From NCBI GenBank assembly GCA_010909165.1, contig VJWM01000260.1, positions 1-64,000 on the forward strand: a stretch of DNA of 64,000 nt, in the 5' to 3' direction. Within the stretch, counting starts at the first letter, position 1. Each line of letters opens with the position of its first letter. The notes beneath the pieces were generated by a model. The model was not told the origin of the DNA. It ran no database searches and saw nothing but the letters and a program-made list of their open reading frames with translations. Positions 49,342 through 61,266 of the stretch are shown here, piece by piece. This DNA comes from Anthoceros angustus. Its lineage: Eukaryota; Plantae; Anthocerotophyta. The translations under genes were made by a program, and so were the position numbers.

Positions 49342-50100
49342 ATGGATCTGGAGGCGGACCATACTTGCAAAACGTGCTTTCGCAGGGTGCATCACAGTAT
49401 TCCGCAATTTCCTGACCGGCCGTGGGAGGACAAGTGGCGCACTCCTTTGATACGGAAGTATCAACTGCTGGCTGAGCAGGGGCTTCCTTCACAGGTTGCA
49501 GGCCTTCTTGCTTTACATAGAATCTCATCATGAACATGCTCAGTTGAAAATTTCCCATATGACCACAAGGACCTCTTTGAGCTTGCAGGGAGGGGCATGA
49601 ACCGACAGACCTTTGTTTGGACAAGCTACTGTGAAGGTGCCTTTCGAAAGTTGGAGCATCACTTGTTTATGCACCAGGTCTTTGACCACTGGCCCAAAGA
49701 AGGGTTTCTGATGTACAGGCAGCGGGAGAAGCCAGCGGATGTCTTGTGATTTGAAAGTCCAGCTCGGCCATTTTCATCGGGAGAAGGCGGGGCGGTATGC
49801 CATCGGTTACCCTAGAGCATTTTCTGGTGTTTTGCATGCTTGCGGTGGCATTCAGAATGGGATGAACCAACGGTGAATCTTTGGTATTTGCTTAAATACG
49901 TGGGGAGTTCTTGCGTGCTCGGTGCATTGAGAAACAATTTTACGTCAATGGTTTGAATGGCCCACAACTTCCTAGGGTCAAAGCGGGTTGGACGGTGAAG
50001 AAGAGGAAATCATGGCTCGACATCGTGCCAAGGAGAAGTAGCGGCTGAGCAAAGCTCAAGTTGATGAGTACTTTGACCCTGAGGAACGGCGGGTGGCAGC
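49342..50100 (+). pseudogene. Conserved unknown 3' ORF of element A (resumes ~61126-61260 after the B insertion)
   Basis: MDLEADHTCKTCF...PWEDKWRTPLIRKY...FPYDHKDLFELAGRGM...FLRARCIEKQFYVNGLNG...AQVDEYFDPEERRVA; continues with EHDKPS at ~61143. Confidence 0.75.
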
Positions 50101-50543
50101 TGTCATGGCATATAGAGGTAGGAATAGGTAGGTAGGGTTTGGGTGTGATAACGTGTGTGTGTCCAGTATAATGTGTGGGGATAAGTGGTGCATGGACCAT
50201 GGCGCATGTGTATCACTGTGAGTGTGATGGCGTGATGCATGGCATGAGTATAGAGATAGGATGGCATCATGGCTACATGAGCCATGCAGCTCAATCTGGA
50301 CAAGCGTAATTAAGGCTCGGCGAAGATCTTCCGGTGTGTCTTGGGCGCGTTCCACGGCCCTTTGGGTCGGGCGATAATTAAGATCGTGGCGGTGTAGGCT
50401 ACAAAAGCGGCAATCCGTCATTGAGGCGGATTGTTGATGTCGATTCAGAGAAACGGCCATCGGATCCCAAGCGTTTTGGTGTACCTTGTGTGTGATTGGT
50501 GGTGTGTGTGCATAGGAGCGGAGGTTCCAAAAGAGTGGTTTTG
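50101..50543 (+). repeat. Element B 5' terminal repeat A1
   Basis: Matches ~59382-59818, 59951-60391 and 60524-60978. Confidence 0.9.
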
Positions 50544-51859
50544 CACATCAACAATCCCATCTTGGTGAAGCCACAAAGGCGACAGCGACTCGGAGGTTCG
50601 AGAGAGGCCGAGATTCGGAGACGGAGGGGCTGATCGGTGATCTCAAGGCGGTGAACCACACATAAGTCCATGGTGGATTGCAGAAAAGCACTTTGGACTA
50701 TTCATTCTTTGTTTATGCGAGGCGGATCCATTCGAGTGGGCGATCTGGAGGCCGGCTGATTTGTAGCGTCTGCAGAAGGTGATCGACAAGGCATGGTTGG
50801 AATTTGGGCCGAGGAAGGCGGCACCAACTTTGTGGAATGCCTTACATAGTCTCTCGGGGAGGGATTAGTGATGGTGTTGCTACGGTCGGGTGAATGACGA
50901 AGCACACCGACGCGGAAGCTTCAATCCTGCACGACTTCCTCGATCCACGGGGACAGTGGTGGGTTTGAGTGGAGTCACACTCTTATCGGATCCATTGATT
51001 TTGAAGAGTGGTGGTGGCGCGGGATGGAGTATGAACAGTAGCCAGCAAAATGATGTGTTCACGGTGAACCACGGTAGTATGTCTCGGCTGATTTTGAAGA
51101 AATTTAGGATGGGCGATCGATGAGATGGTGCTCAAATACAAGTCACGAGTTCACACAGGAATGGCACTCGGAAAGATGAGCACATTTACTGGTGAAGCTT
51201 TAACACACTATCGTGATTGTAAAGAAAAGATTTTGCGGGATGCACATGTACTTTGCGAATGAAGCGGGCAAGGAAAGGCTCAAGGTCGATGATGAAGAAC
51301 CGGGCTCATGTTCATCTCAATCGGAGGTTATCACTTATTTGGTGGGCCGAGATGTTCGTCAAGTTTGGTGAGATGTTTCCGGTATCTTCCATTGAGAAAA
51401 TCCAAGAGTTGTCAAGTTTGTGATCAAACAAATGAGCCTCTAAGATCTGCATATCTCTGTTGGTGGTGAAAGACACCAAGGTGAAGACCATGAGGAGGCG
51501 GCGCAAATATACATTGCCTTGCCGGGAAGGCAGAGGAGGTGATCGCCAACTACGCATATGCTACATGGGGCAGATTATGAGTTGGAGCAGGCTACGAGAT
51601 GGCGAAAGAGTTATGAAGGAGATCATCACCAATGCTTCTTGGGAGGAGCACAATGTGATCGAGGTCATACCGACTTGAACATTCAGCGGCAGGAAGTCAC
51701 ATTATCGCGAGCATGTGCGGTGAACACTCAGCAGAGTCGCCATCAAAGGATCAAGTAGCCCTCTGTGGCTCAAGACATCCGTAAAGTGTTTTACGGTGCA
51801 AGGGGCATACAGGCGTATGAATGTGAGCATCGTGTTGGTGGGTCAAAGGAGAAAGAGGC

Positions 51860-53395
51860 GTGCGGGGCATGTGGTAAAACCGGACATAGCGCTGGCAGCA
51901 AGCCATCTGAACTCAAACCCAAGGGCCTAGGAGATCGACCAATGGACAAGCGAAATCGGGTCGAGCTACACTCGGAAGCCTTTGCTTAGTGAGGCGGCGC
52001 AAGCGGTGGCTATGGCGTGAGCATAAACAAGGACTCATGTGCGTCGGCGAAACTATGATTCGGACGAAGATGTGTTTGCGTTGATAGGAAGGTCAAGGCG
52101 GACCAAAGTGGGAAGCATTGATTTCGGTAAGGGTGTAAAAGTGAAGGCGATGGGGATAGGAATCGATTGAGAATGCCCAAGTCATTGACAGATCCGGGCG
52201 AGGCGGCCGCATCGGGATGAGGTTGTTCCCAATCTGAGATTACATTGGAAAAAGCCATGGATACCCCAGGTAAGTTTGCGGACACAGGGATCCGACACAA
52301 CCGTTCAAGCAAGCAATGCGGGCATGGATTAAGAAGGAAGCCAGGTTGAACATGGTGTCCGGCTTGTCGACACGTGGTGATCATCTAAAACCGGCTAGGG
52401 AAAGGTGGAATAGCGTTAGTGAAGAATCAGAGCGAGGTCACCGTCAATGGCTTTGCACGGAGTGTGTTAGTAGACACCGTGCGATCCGGTTGCTTGGGGC
52501 ACGGGCAAGAAGCACTCAGCGTATGGAGACAAGTTGAAGCCGTGTGAGGTCGGATCACCACATGCAGTACCAAAGAAGCGGTGATGGGGATGACTCGCGA
52601 TCCGATTCGGATAGAGTATAAGCCGAGACAGCGATGCATGTGGTAAGCCGGGACATCTGAGGCTGGCAGAGCCATCTGAACTCAAGAGGGCCTAGGAGAT
52701 CGACCAATGGACAAGCGAAATCGGGTCGAGCTACACTCGGAAGAGCCTTTGCTTGGTGAGTCTGAGCAAGCGGTGGCTATGGCGTAAGCATAAACAAGGA
52801 CTCATGTGCGTCGGCGAGAAACTATGATTCGGACGAAGATGTGTTTGCGTTGATAGCGGAAGGTCAAGGCGGATCAAAGTGGGAAGCATTGATTTCGGTA
52901 AGGGTGTAAAAGTGAAGGCGATGGGGATAGGAATTGAGAATGCCCAAGTCATTGAGAAGATCCGGCGAGGGCAGCGCACATCGGATGAGGTTGTTCATCT
53001 GAGATTACATTGGAAAAAGCCATGGATGTACACCCTGGTAAGTTTGCGTGACACAGGGATCCGACACAACCGTTCAAGCAAGCAATGCGGGCATGGATTA
53101 AGAAGGAAGCCCGAGTTGAACATGGTGTCGGGCTTGTCGACACGTGGTGATCATCTAAAACCCGGCTAGGGAAAGGTGGAATAAGCGTTAGTGAAGAACC
53201 AAGCGAGGTCACTCAATGGCTTTGCACGGAGTGTGTTAGTAGACACCGTGCGATCCGGTGTTGCTTGGGACGGGTGCAAGCACGCTTCAATGTATGGAGA
53301 CAAGTTGAAGCCGTGTGAGTGCGGATCACCACATACCACCAAGAGCGGTGATGGGGATGACTCGCGATCCGATTCGGATAGAGTATAAGCCGAGC
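51860..53395 (+). repeat. ~770-bp tandem duplication of the gag-protease region of B
   Basis: GCCATCTGAACTCAA...GGAGATCGACCAATGGACAAG at 51902 and 52671; copies differ mainly by small indels. Confidence 0.9.
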
Positions 53396-53849
53396 ATGTG
53401 TGGTGGAAGTACATTGTTTGGTTTGGATGCGAAACTATGATGTGTTGTTGAGTGCGGATGCTACGCACGGCGATGGGGTGGATCCGCACTCTGTGGCATT
53501 TTATAGGCCAAAGTGGCGGGATGGATGATTTCACACATGTTGCGAATTCCTCTGGACATGAGGAGGCATGGTGAAAGATCAAGAAGTATCTTTGGCGTTC
53601 ACGGCGTCGGCAAAGTGTTCACGAGGGAGGTGTGGGAAGAGACAGACACAGCACGACACGAGGTGTCGAAGAAGCACAACATCGAATGATGTGCGTGATA
53701 CCACCGTAGAGGAAGCTTTGGAAAGAGGCGTGTTCGGACGGATGCAAATATGGCGAATCACCGCAATTGTCCGGAAAGAAGCGCCACGGTCATAGGAATC
53801 TGGGGTTACAAATCGATAACCAAGTGATTCGTGGCGAGCATGAGCAGGC

Positions 53850-54700
53850 ATCCATCTCATGGAGTTGTGTTCGAGGGGTAGGGTGAGTGTGTTTTCGATG
53901 TGGGATTGGATGCGGAAGTATACGTGTGTAGAAATTGATGAGAAGACTCGGGCGGTGGCCAAATCCAGGATTATCAAGCTACAAAAAATGCATCCGAGCT
54001 TGCTGAGTGTGGAAGCCATAAGAGGGTGCCAGACCAGACTTCCCACTGATGTGATGTTGGTGGGAAAAGCACAGCTGCAGGCAATGAGATGCCCGGTTGA
54101 CATGGTGATTGCAGGATGGGAGTGCAAGACCTTTTCCAAGGTGGACGTGGTCAAGGCAGTCCGGGCGGGGAAGTGATCGGATTACAGTGCAGCGGTGCAA
54201 TCCGGCATGTTGGTACTTGCTGGAGAATGTTTGCGGAGCTTTTGACAAAGGGTCATGTGAGAGAAAGTTATGAAAAAGAGTGGTGGGAGAGGAGTTCATC
54301 ATTGGCGGGTACAAAGCGGTCGTACGCTCATCGTCTCCGCGACCGGGCATTGCAAGTGTGGAAACACTCGGGCGACATCAGTTTAACCACACCAACTAAG
54401 CGGAACTGGATGGGGATCCTTGAGGAGGCGGATCGCGGTGGCGGATGGATAGGTTGCCACACTATCCTGTCAATATTGTGGGAGAACCGGAGAGCTTGGC
54501 CCCTGTCAGTCGGTCGATCATATGCCTTTCGCCGAGGTGGTGCGGGCATGGTATTGAACATGAATGGTGAGGAGATGGGGAACCCACGATTGTAGAGCGG
54601 GAGCGGCGATGGGTTTTGATGGCAGCACCTACCGAGGTGTGTCGAGCTTTCGGATGCAAACTTGGGACAAGCATTTGACGACTTGTGCAATGGTTGGTGA
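53850..54700 (+). pseudogene. C5 DNA methyltransferase domain of element B
   Basis: IHLMELCS, KYTCVEIDEKTRAVA, VDMVIAGWECKTFS, YLLENV (~54214), YAHRLR, ERAMGF (~54600), GQAFD (~54664). Confidence 0.85.
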
Positions 54701-54869
54701 GTGTGGGAATAGCCACACGGTGAACAATCGGATAGTCGAGATGGAAGGAAGGTCGTGATGATGGGTGACGGGAAGAGTTTCCAACCGTCAGGACAAGTAC
54801 ACAAATGCTGCAAATAGTGCGGAGAACAGGTATCATCACGGGTGGAAAGCACGAGTGGGCAGTCAACTC

Positions 54870-57580
54870 ATGTATGGCAAATATGTGAGGACTTGAGGAT
54901 CAGGTGGATCCGGAGATCTTTGGAGAAGAATCGGGTACCTTTGCGTTCACCGGCAAGAGGGGCGTTATGAGCGCATCAAGTTCAAAATCATCACTACTAC
55001 CAATGAGCGGTTTTAGAAGGCGGCTGTTGAGCCAGAGTGGGACATTGTGGATAAGCGGTGTAGGGAACTTGCTGCGGTGGATTAATTGAAATCAAGTTCA
55101 CGGTATCTGCTCCACGGTCCTTCCGCTAAAGAAAGATGAAAGCGAATGGAAGGACAGGCGGATGTGTGGAGATTATCGACGAATGAGGTAACGCCTATGG
55201 AGCGATATCCCATGCCTACCCGGATGAAATCTTTGGCCGATTGGCGAAGCCAAGTATTTCTGACGTTGGACTTCGCTCGGTTTCAATCAAATCGTCATCG
55301 AAGAAGACAAGTGCAAAGCGGCTTTGGGCAAAGAACGATTGTGGGAATGGGAGCGATGCCTTTTGGGTTGAAAACGCTTCCATCTACTTTCGGTGGTGGC
55401 GACTTGGAGTTGCAAGGATTACCATTCGTGAGGTGTTACATTGATGACATTTTGGTGTTAAACGGTTGGAGGAACACATTCAACACCTCGAAGCGTTCTG
55501 CGATGTCGGTTAAGGCACATCAAAGAAGTGTAAGTTTGCTTACAAGGAGATAGAATATGGGTCACAAGATTGTGCCAGGCGTCGCCCATGGCGAAGGTGC
55601 TGTCAATCTTATGCCAAGACCAAGGGACGAGCGCGTTGAGAGCATTCTTGGGACTTCGCTATTCCGATTCATCGAAACATGAGCAGCACTTGCAAGGTAT
55701 TGTATGATCGATGAAGGGGCACGATGGATGGGAGCGAAACATGAACATGCTTGGCGGGGTTAAAGGATCAATTGTCGGAAGGCCCATGCTCAAAGCGGCT
55801 GATTTTGAAAACCGTTCACTCTGTATAAGTGCATGGAATCGGTCCTTGCAGGTGGATCGGGAAGGAAAGAAAGAGTGATTGCGTGCGTAGGTCGAACAAT
55901 TCATGAAGCCAATTATTCATCGTATGAGGGTGAATGTTTGGCTGTGTGGGCGGTTCTACATTTAATTTATTTGTTCGGAGCTTCCAACTCGTGACCGATC
56001 ACCGCCGTTGCAGTTAATGACGAACATGAAGTTGGTGGCAAGCTCGCAAGGTGGGCGTTCTGTCGAGAATGATATGCACATAGTGCAGGCGAAAAGTACA
56101 TCACAATGCGGATGGACTTAGCGGATGTGATGACAAAGATGGACTGCGGCGGATTTTGATCATGCTCGTTACATGCCAAGCATGTATATGGCTCTCATGG
56201 CCACAAGGAAGGAAGAAAACAACTCAATGAGGAGGGCGAGACATATGGAAATATGGGCATGCTATTGACTATTGAAGGAAGGACAAGTAGTTGGACTAGA
56301 TCGCATGACCATTCAAAAGCTCGACGGAAGGTCATGAGGTATACATGGAGGGATGGCAAAGTTATTGTGACGGATCGTGGAGTGTGTAAAATGGTCCCTC
56401 CATAGAGGCAGGAGCAGATAGTGAGTAAAGTGCACAAGACACTTGGGCACTTGGTGTAAAAGGCGCATCATATCTTTGAAGAGTGCATTTTGGTGCGGAA
56501 TGTATTCGTCGGCAGTGGTGTCGAGATGTCTGCTTGTGATGCGATCAAAGCAAGGTTCAACGGCCGGGATGTGGTGTTGCATTCGCTGCCTATTCGATTG
56601 TTCTTTCGATGGTCCGTTGACCTCATGCGAGCTACCATTGACCAAGCAAGGCAACAAGCATTGTATGCTCATGATAGAACACTTCTCCAAGTGGGTGGAA
56701 TTGGCATTCCTTCCGATCGAACTTCCCAATTCACACGAGCTTTCTACGGTGTGTTTTGAGCGGATATGGAAGGCGTGCAGGTGTGACGGATCAAGCGAAT
56801 TCGGAGGAGAGTTCCAAGCGTTGTTGGATCGGAGTTTGATAGATCACGCGCGTCACGGGATCATCCTCGAGCGATGGTTTAGCGAAATGGTGCAAACTTT
56901 CAAGGATTCACTTATTCGCACGAGATCGAGCCTAATTGTTGGGATGAGTTGCTACCTATGTTGCCACAGGCTCTGAATCGATGTCTGAGCAGCCACAGGC
57001 AACTTGATCCTACTATATCATGTTTGGCGGGGAATCTTGTGCTGCCCAACATAGTGGCGGACACGTATTCCAAACCGATGGATTGGACACAAGATGTGGA
57101 TGAGTGTTGCTCGAGTTACGAAACCGCCAAGTTGTTACAACAGTGATACCCATGGCGATGGACAATCGGCCATCGCAAGAGATCGGTGAGGTATGCATTC
57201 ACACGAGGAGGATCATGGAAGCCAAAGGCGAAAGTTGAAGTAGGTGATTTCGTGTATCTTCAACATCATCCTTCCGGCACTTGGGCGTAAACACGGACGG
57301 TTGATTTTGAGAGTGGTGAGCGTTGGTGAGCAAGGGTCATCGAGTTGGAAGGGCAAGATGGGCGCCGATGCAAGGCACATGCGACATCGGCCCCGCCTTG
57401 CGAATCTTGATCGCGCATACAACCACAAGCATGGAAGCCACTGTTGACTGCGTGCGAACACGTGGTCAAATCACGACCCAGGCGATGCTGTTGTGATCAT
57501 GCAACCAAGGACATCATGTCTTTTGTCTTGACCGCGTTGAAAGCGATCCGGAAGGAGAATGGTTTTATCACAAATGTACG
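54870..57580 (+). pseudogene. Element B RT - RNase H - integrase - PHD finger
   Basis: PMERYPMP, MPFGLK, CYIDDILV, NYSSYEGECL, HKTLGH, IEHFSKWVELAFLP, GSSEFGGEFQALL; PHD ...CD..NQGHHVFCL...PEGEWF (~57450-57578). Confidence 0.88.
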
Positions 57581-58398
57581 ATGGAAAAGTTAGGGCGGAA
57601 AGAAGGTGGGGGCAGTAAAGCGCGCACTCACGGTGTGGGCGTGCGGGAAGAAGTCACTAAGAAGGAAGGTCTATAAAACCCGTTACTTGCCTTATCGATA
57701 CGGGTTGTGTGAGGCGTCTGTGGTTGGCGGCGCAAAGGGAAGTAAAGTGTGGAGGATTGGCCGAAGGAGGAAAAGTTCTGCGATTTCTTTGGAATCACGG
57801 TGTGAGTGCATCGATCTCGGTGGCGGTGCGAGAAGGTGAAAGCGGGGAGTTGTCACGGTGCATGTGGGAGAAAGCCGGTGAGCAGGTGTGGGTGCGACAA
57901 GGAAAGGCGGCTGATTCGATCAAGCGAGTTGTTGCGGTGAAGGAAGGCGATGAAGCATGGAACATCGGTGGTAGCGGCGTGATCATCGGTGTTAATGCAT
58001 GTAGTTGCGTGTAGATAGGGATAATAGGCAGCTCAAGTGACAGAGAGTGAGAAGGAGGTGATCACGGAAGAATTGGGGGTGAAGAACAAGCGCTAGGTGG
58101 TCATGGCATCAAGTGGCGGATGTGAGCACGGCGATGGAGGTGCATGGTATGTTTGTTATAAGCGGCAAGTAACGATGTGGCGGGGCGATCACGGTGAGAC
58201 CAAGTGACATTGATCGTTGCAATCGGGCAGCTTGTGTTGACTAACAGCAAGACACTCGCTTTGCAAGGGATTGCAAACATAGGTAGTCTTCGAGAATCAA
58301 TCGATTCATATGGTTGTTTGACCAACACTAACAACACCGTTTTCCAAATTGTGAGAGCATCAAAGAGGGTTCCCATTGGGGACAACACGGTGGTTGAC

Positions 58399-59260
58399 AT
58401 GGATATATGCGGACCACACTTGCAAGTCATGCTTCGGAGAATGAGCACAAGTGTTCCACATTTCAGACGAGGCCATGGGAAGACAAATGGAAAACACCTT
58501 TGGTAAGGAAGTATCGACTGGCAAGCCGAGCGACCGAGACATTTTTGCAAGCATTTTTCTTTGTATATGGAATCACATCATGAGATGCAACATGAGAGTT
58601 TTCCTTATGATCATGAGATCTTTTGAGTGGCGGGAAGGGGCATGAGCAGGCAAAGCTTCGTGTGGACCGATTGTGAAGGGGCATTTGGCTGGAACATCAT
58701 CATGCATCGGTGTTTGATCATTGGCCTGAAGGGTTCTTAATGTCAGCACAAGAGAAGCCAGTGACCTCTGTCGAAAGTGTGGTTAAGTCATACGCAGGAG
58801 AAAGCGGGCGTTTGCCATTGGTTACCCGAGAGCTTTTTATAGAGTGTTTGCTTGCTTACATGCAGTGTTGGAATGGGATGAGGCCACTTTGGAATCTTGG
58901 TATCTGCTCAATGACAATGTGGGGGATTTTCTTAGGGCTCAGTGCATCGAAAAACAGTATTATGTGAATGGTTTGAACGGGCGCGGTACCTCGGTGAAAG
59001 GGATAGTGATGAAGAAGAGGAGCTCATGGCCCGACATCGAGCAAAGGAGCGTGCGCGGTTGGGCAAAGCGCAGGTGGATGAATATTTTGACCCAGAAGAT
59101 CGGCGTGTGGCGTTATTGTACGGAAGAATGGAGCATGACAAACCGTCAGACCACGGCTTGAGGGCGGCATGTTCCGAAGGTTTTATCGACGATTCTATGG
59201 CATATGAGTGCCAAAGTGGTGCTCACACGCATAACGTTCTTTCGAGCAGCCCAACTTTGG
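58399..59260 (+). pseudogene. Conserved unknown 3' ORF of element B
   Basis: MDIYADHTCKSCF...PWEDKWKTPLVRKY...FPYDHE...FDHWPEGFLM...FLRAQCIEKQYYVNGLNG...KAQVDEYFDPEDRRVALLYGRMEHDKPS. Confidence 0.75.
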
Positions 59261-59266
59261 CGGGGG

Positions 59267-61125
59267 CCATTTACAGCGTTGTGATGATGTGACTCATGTA
59301 GTTAAGGGTGTGATTCGAGTCCCGTAGAAAGTGGTTGAATCTTTTGATGGCATGTGTCCATGCTATGCGCTATGGCGGCAGTATCATGGCATATAGAGGT
59401 AGGAATAGGCGGTAGGGTTTGGGTGTGATAACGTGTGTGTGTCGATATAAGTGTGTGGGGATAAGTGGTGCATGGACCATGCATGTGTATCTTGTGAGTG
59501 TGATGGCGTGATGCATGGCATGAGTATAGAGATAGGATGGCATCATGGCTACATGAGCCATGCGCTCGGAGGACAAGGCGTAATTAAGGCTCGTGGCGAA
59601 GATCTTCCGGCGTGTGCGGCGCGTTCACGGCCCCTTGGTCGGGCTGTAATTAAGATCGGGCGGTGTAGGCTACAAAGAGCTAGCAATCCGTCATTGGGGC
59701 GGATTGTTGATGTCGATTCAAGAGAGCGGCCATCGGATCCCAAGCGTTTTGTACCTTGTGTGTGATTGACGGTGGTGTGTGTGCATAGGAGGCGAGAGGT
59801 TCCAAAAGAGTGGTTTTGCCATTTACAAGCGTTGTGGGGATGTAATGTGACTCATGTAGTTAAGGGTGTAGATCACGAGTCCCGTAGGAAGTGGTTGAAA
59901 CGTTTTGGTGGCATGACATGTGTCCATGCTGCTCGGTATGGCGACCGGTTTGTCATGGCATATAGAGGTAGGAATAGGCATGTAGGGTTTGGGTGTGATA
60001 ACGTGTGTGTGTCCGGTATAATGTGTGGGGATAAGTGGTGCATGGACCATGACCGCATGTGTATCTGTGAGTGTGATGGCGTGATGCATGGCATGAGTAT
60101 AGAGATAGGATGGCATCATGGCTACATGAGCCATACGCTCGAAGGACAAGGCGTAATTAAGGCTCGTGGCGAAGATCTTCCGGCGTGTGCGGCGCGTTCA
60201 CGGCCCCTTGGTCGGGCTGTAATTAAGATCGGGCGGTGTAGGCTACAAAGAGCTAGCAATCCGTCATTGGGGCGGATTGTTGATGTCGATTCAAGAGAGC
60301 GGCCATCGGATCCCAAGCGTTTTGTACCTTGTGTGTGATTGACGGTGGTGTGTGTGCATAGGAGGCGAGAGGTTCCAAAAGAGTGGTTTTGCCATTTACA
60401 AGCGTTGTGGGGATGTAATGTGACTCATGTAGTTAAGGGTGTAGATCACGAGTCCCGTAGGAAGTGGTTGAAACGTTTTGGTGGCATGACATGTGTCCAT
60501 GCTGCTCGGTATGGCGACCGGTTTGTCATGGCATATAGAGGTAGGAATAGGCAGGTAGGGTTTGGGTGTGATAACGTGTGTGTGTCCGGTATAATGTGTG
60601 GGGATAAGTGGTGCATGGACCATGACTGCATGTGTATACTGTGAGTGTGATGGCGTGATGCATGGCATGAGTATAGAGATAGGATGGCATCATGGCTACA
60701 TGAGCCATACGCTCAGAATACGGACAAGCGTAATTAAGGCTCAGCGGCGAAGATCTTCCGGTGTGTGCGGGCGCGTTCACGGCCCTTTGGAATTCGGGCC
60801 GGTAATTAAGATCGGCGGCGGTGTAGGCTACAAAGAGCTAGCAATCCGTCATTGGGAGGCGGATTGTTGATGTCGATTCAAGAGAACGGCCATCAGATCC
60901 CAAAGCGTTTTGTGTACCTTGTGTGTGATTCGGTGGTGTGTGTGCATAGGAGCGAGGTTCCAAAAAGAGTGGTTTTTGCCATTTACAAGCGTTGTGGTAT
61001 GAATGTAATGACGGCTCATGTAGTTAAGGGTGTAGATCACGAGTCCCATAGGAAGTGGTTGGACGCGTTTGGTGGCATGACATGTGCGTCCATGCACCGC
61101 TATGCGGTACGTGGCGCTGACCACA
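59267..61125 (+). repeat. Element B 3' terminal array B-A-B-A-B-A-B, period 573 bp
   Basis: B units (CCATTTACAAGCG..., ~130 bp) start at 59267, 59819, 60392 and 60979. A units (TGTCATGGCATATAG..., ~440 bp) start at ~59382, 59951 and 60524. A G-run (GGCGGGGG) precedes the first B. Confidence 0.92.
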
Positions 61126-61266
61126 CTGGCCAGTGAGCTTTGGAGCACGACAAACCATCGAGCCTCAATTGCGTGATAGTATGTTTAGACGATTCTATAG
61201 GCGGTTTCTGATGTCGGCGTGCCCAAGTCGCCACACCTCATACGATTGGTGGCGGCAACCGGCGAG

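Larger units (their letters stand above)
50101..61125 (+). mobile_element. Gypsy element B (same architecture as A, diverged), nested in the 3' ORF of A
   Basis: Starts TGTCATGG after CAGC. The matching right-side ...ACA/CAGC is readable in the duplicated copy (62742-62745) and noisy at ~61125. Zinc knuckle CGACGKTGH (~51861), protease VLVDT, MTase, RT YIDD (~55437), RNase H, integrase, PHD, 3' ORF. Confidence 0.85.

Noticed and set aside
41891-50543. Treating 41891-42322 and 50101-50543 as the LTR pair of one element
   Set aside because: They are only distantly similar, each has a near-identical partner further right, and the TSDs fit the nested model
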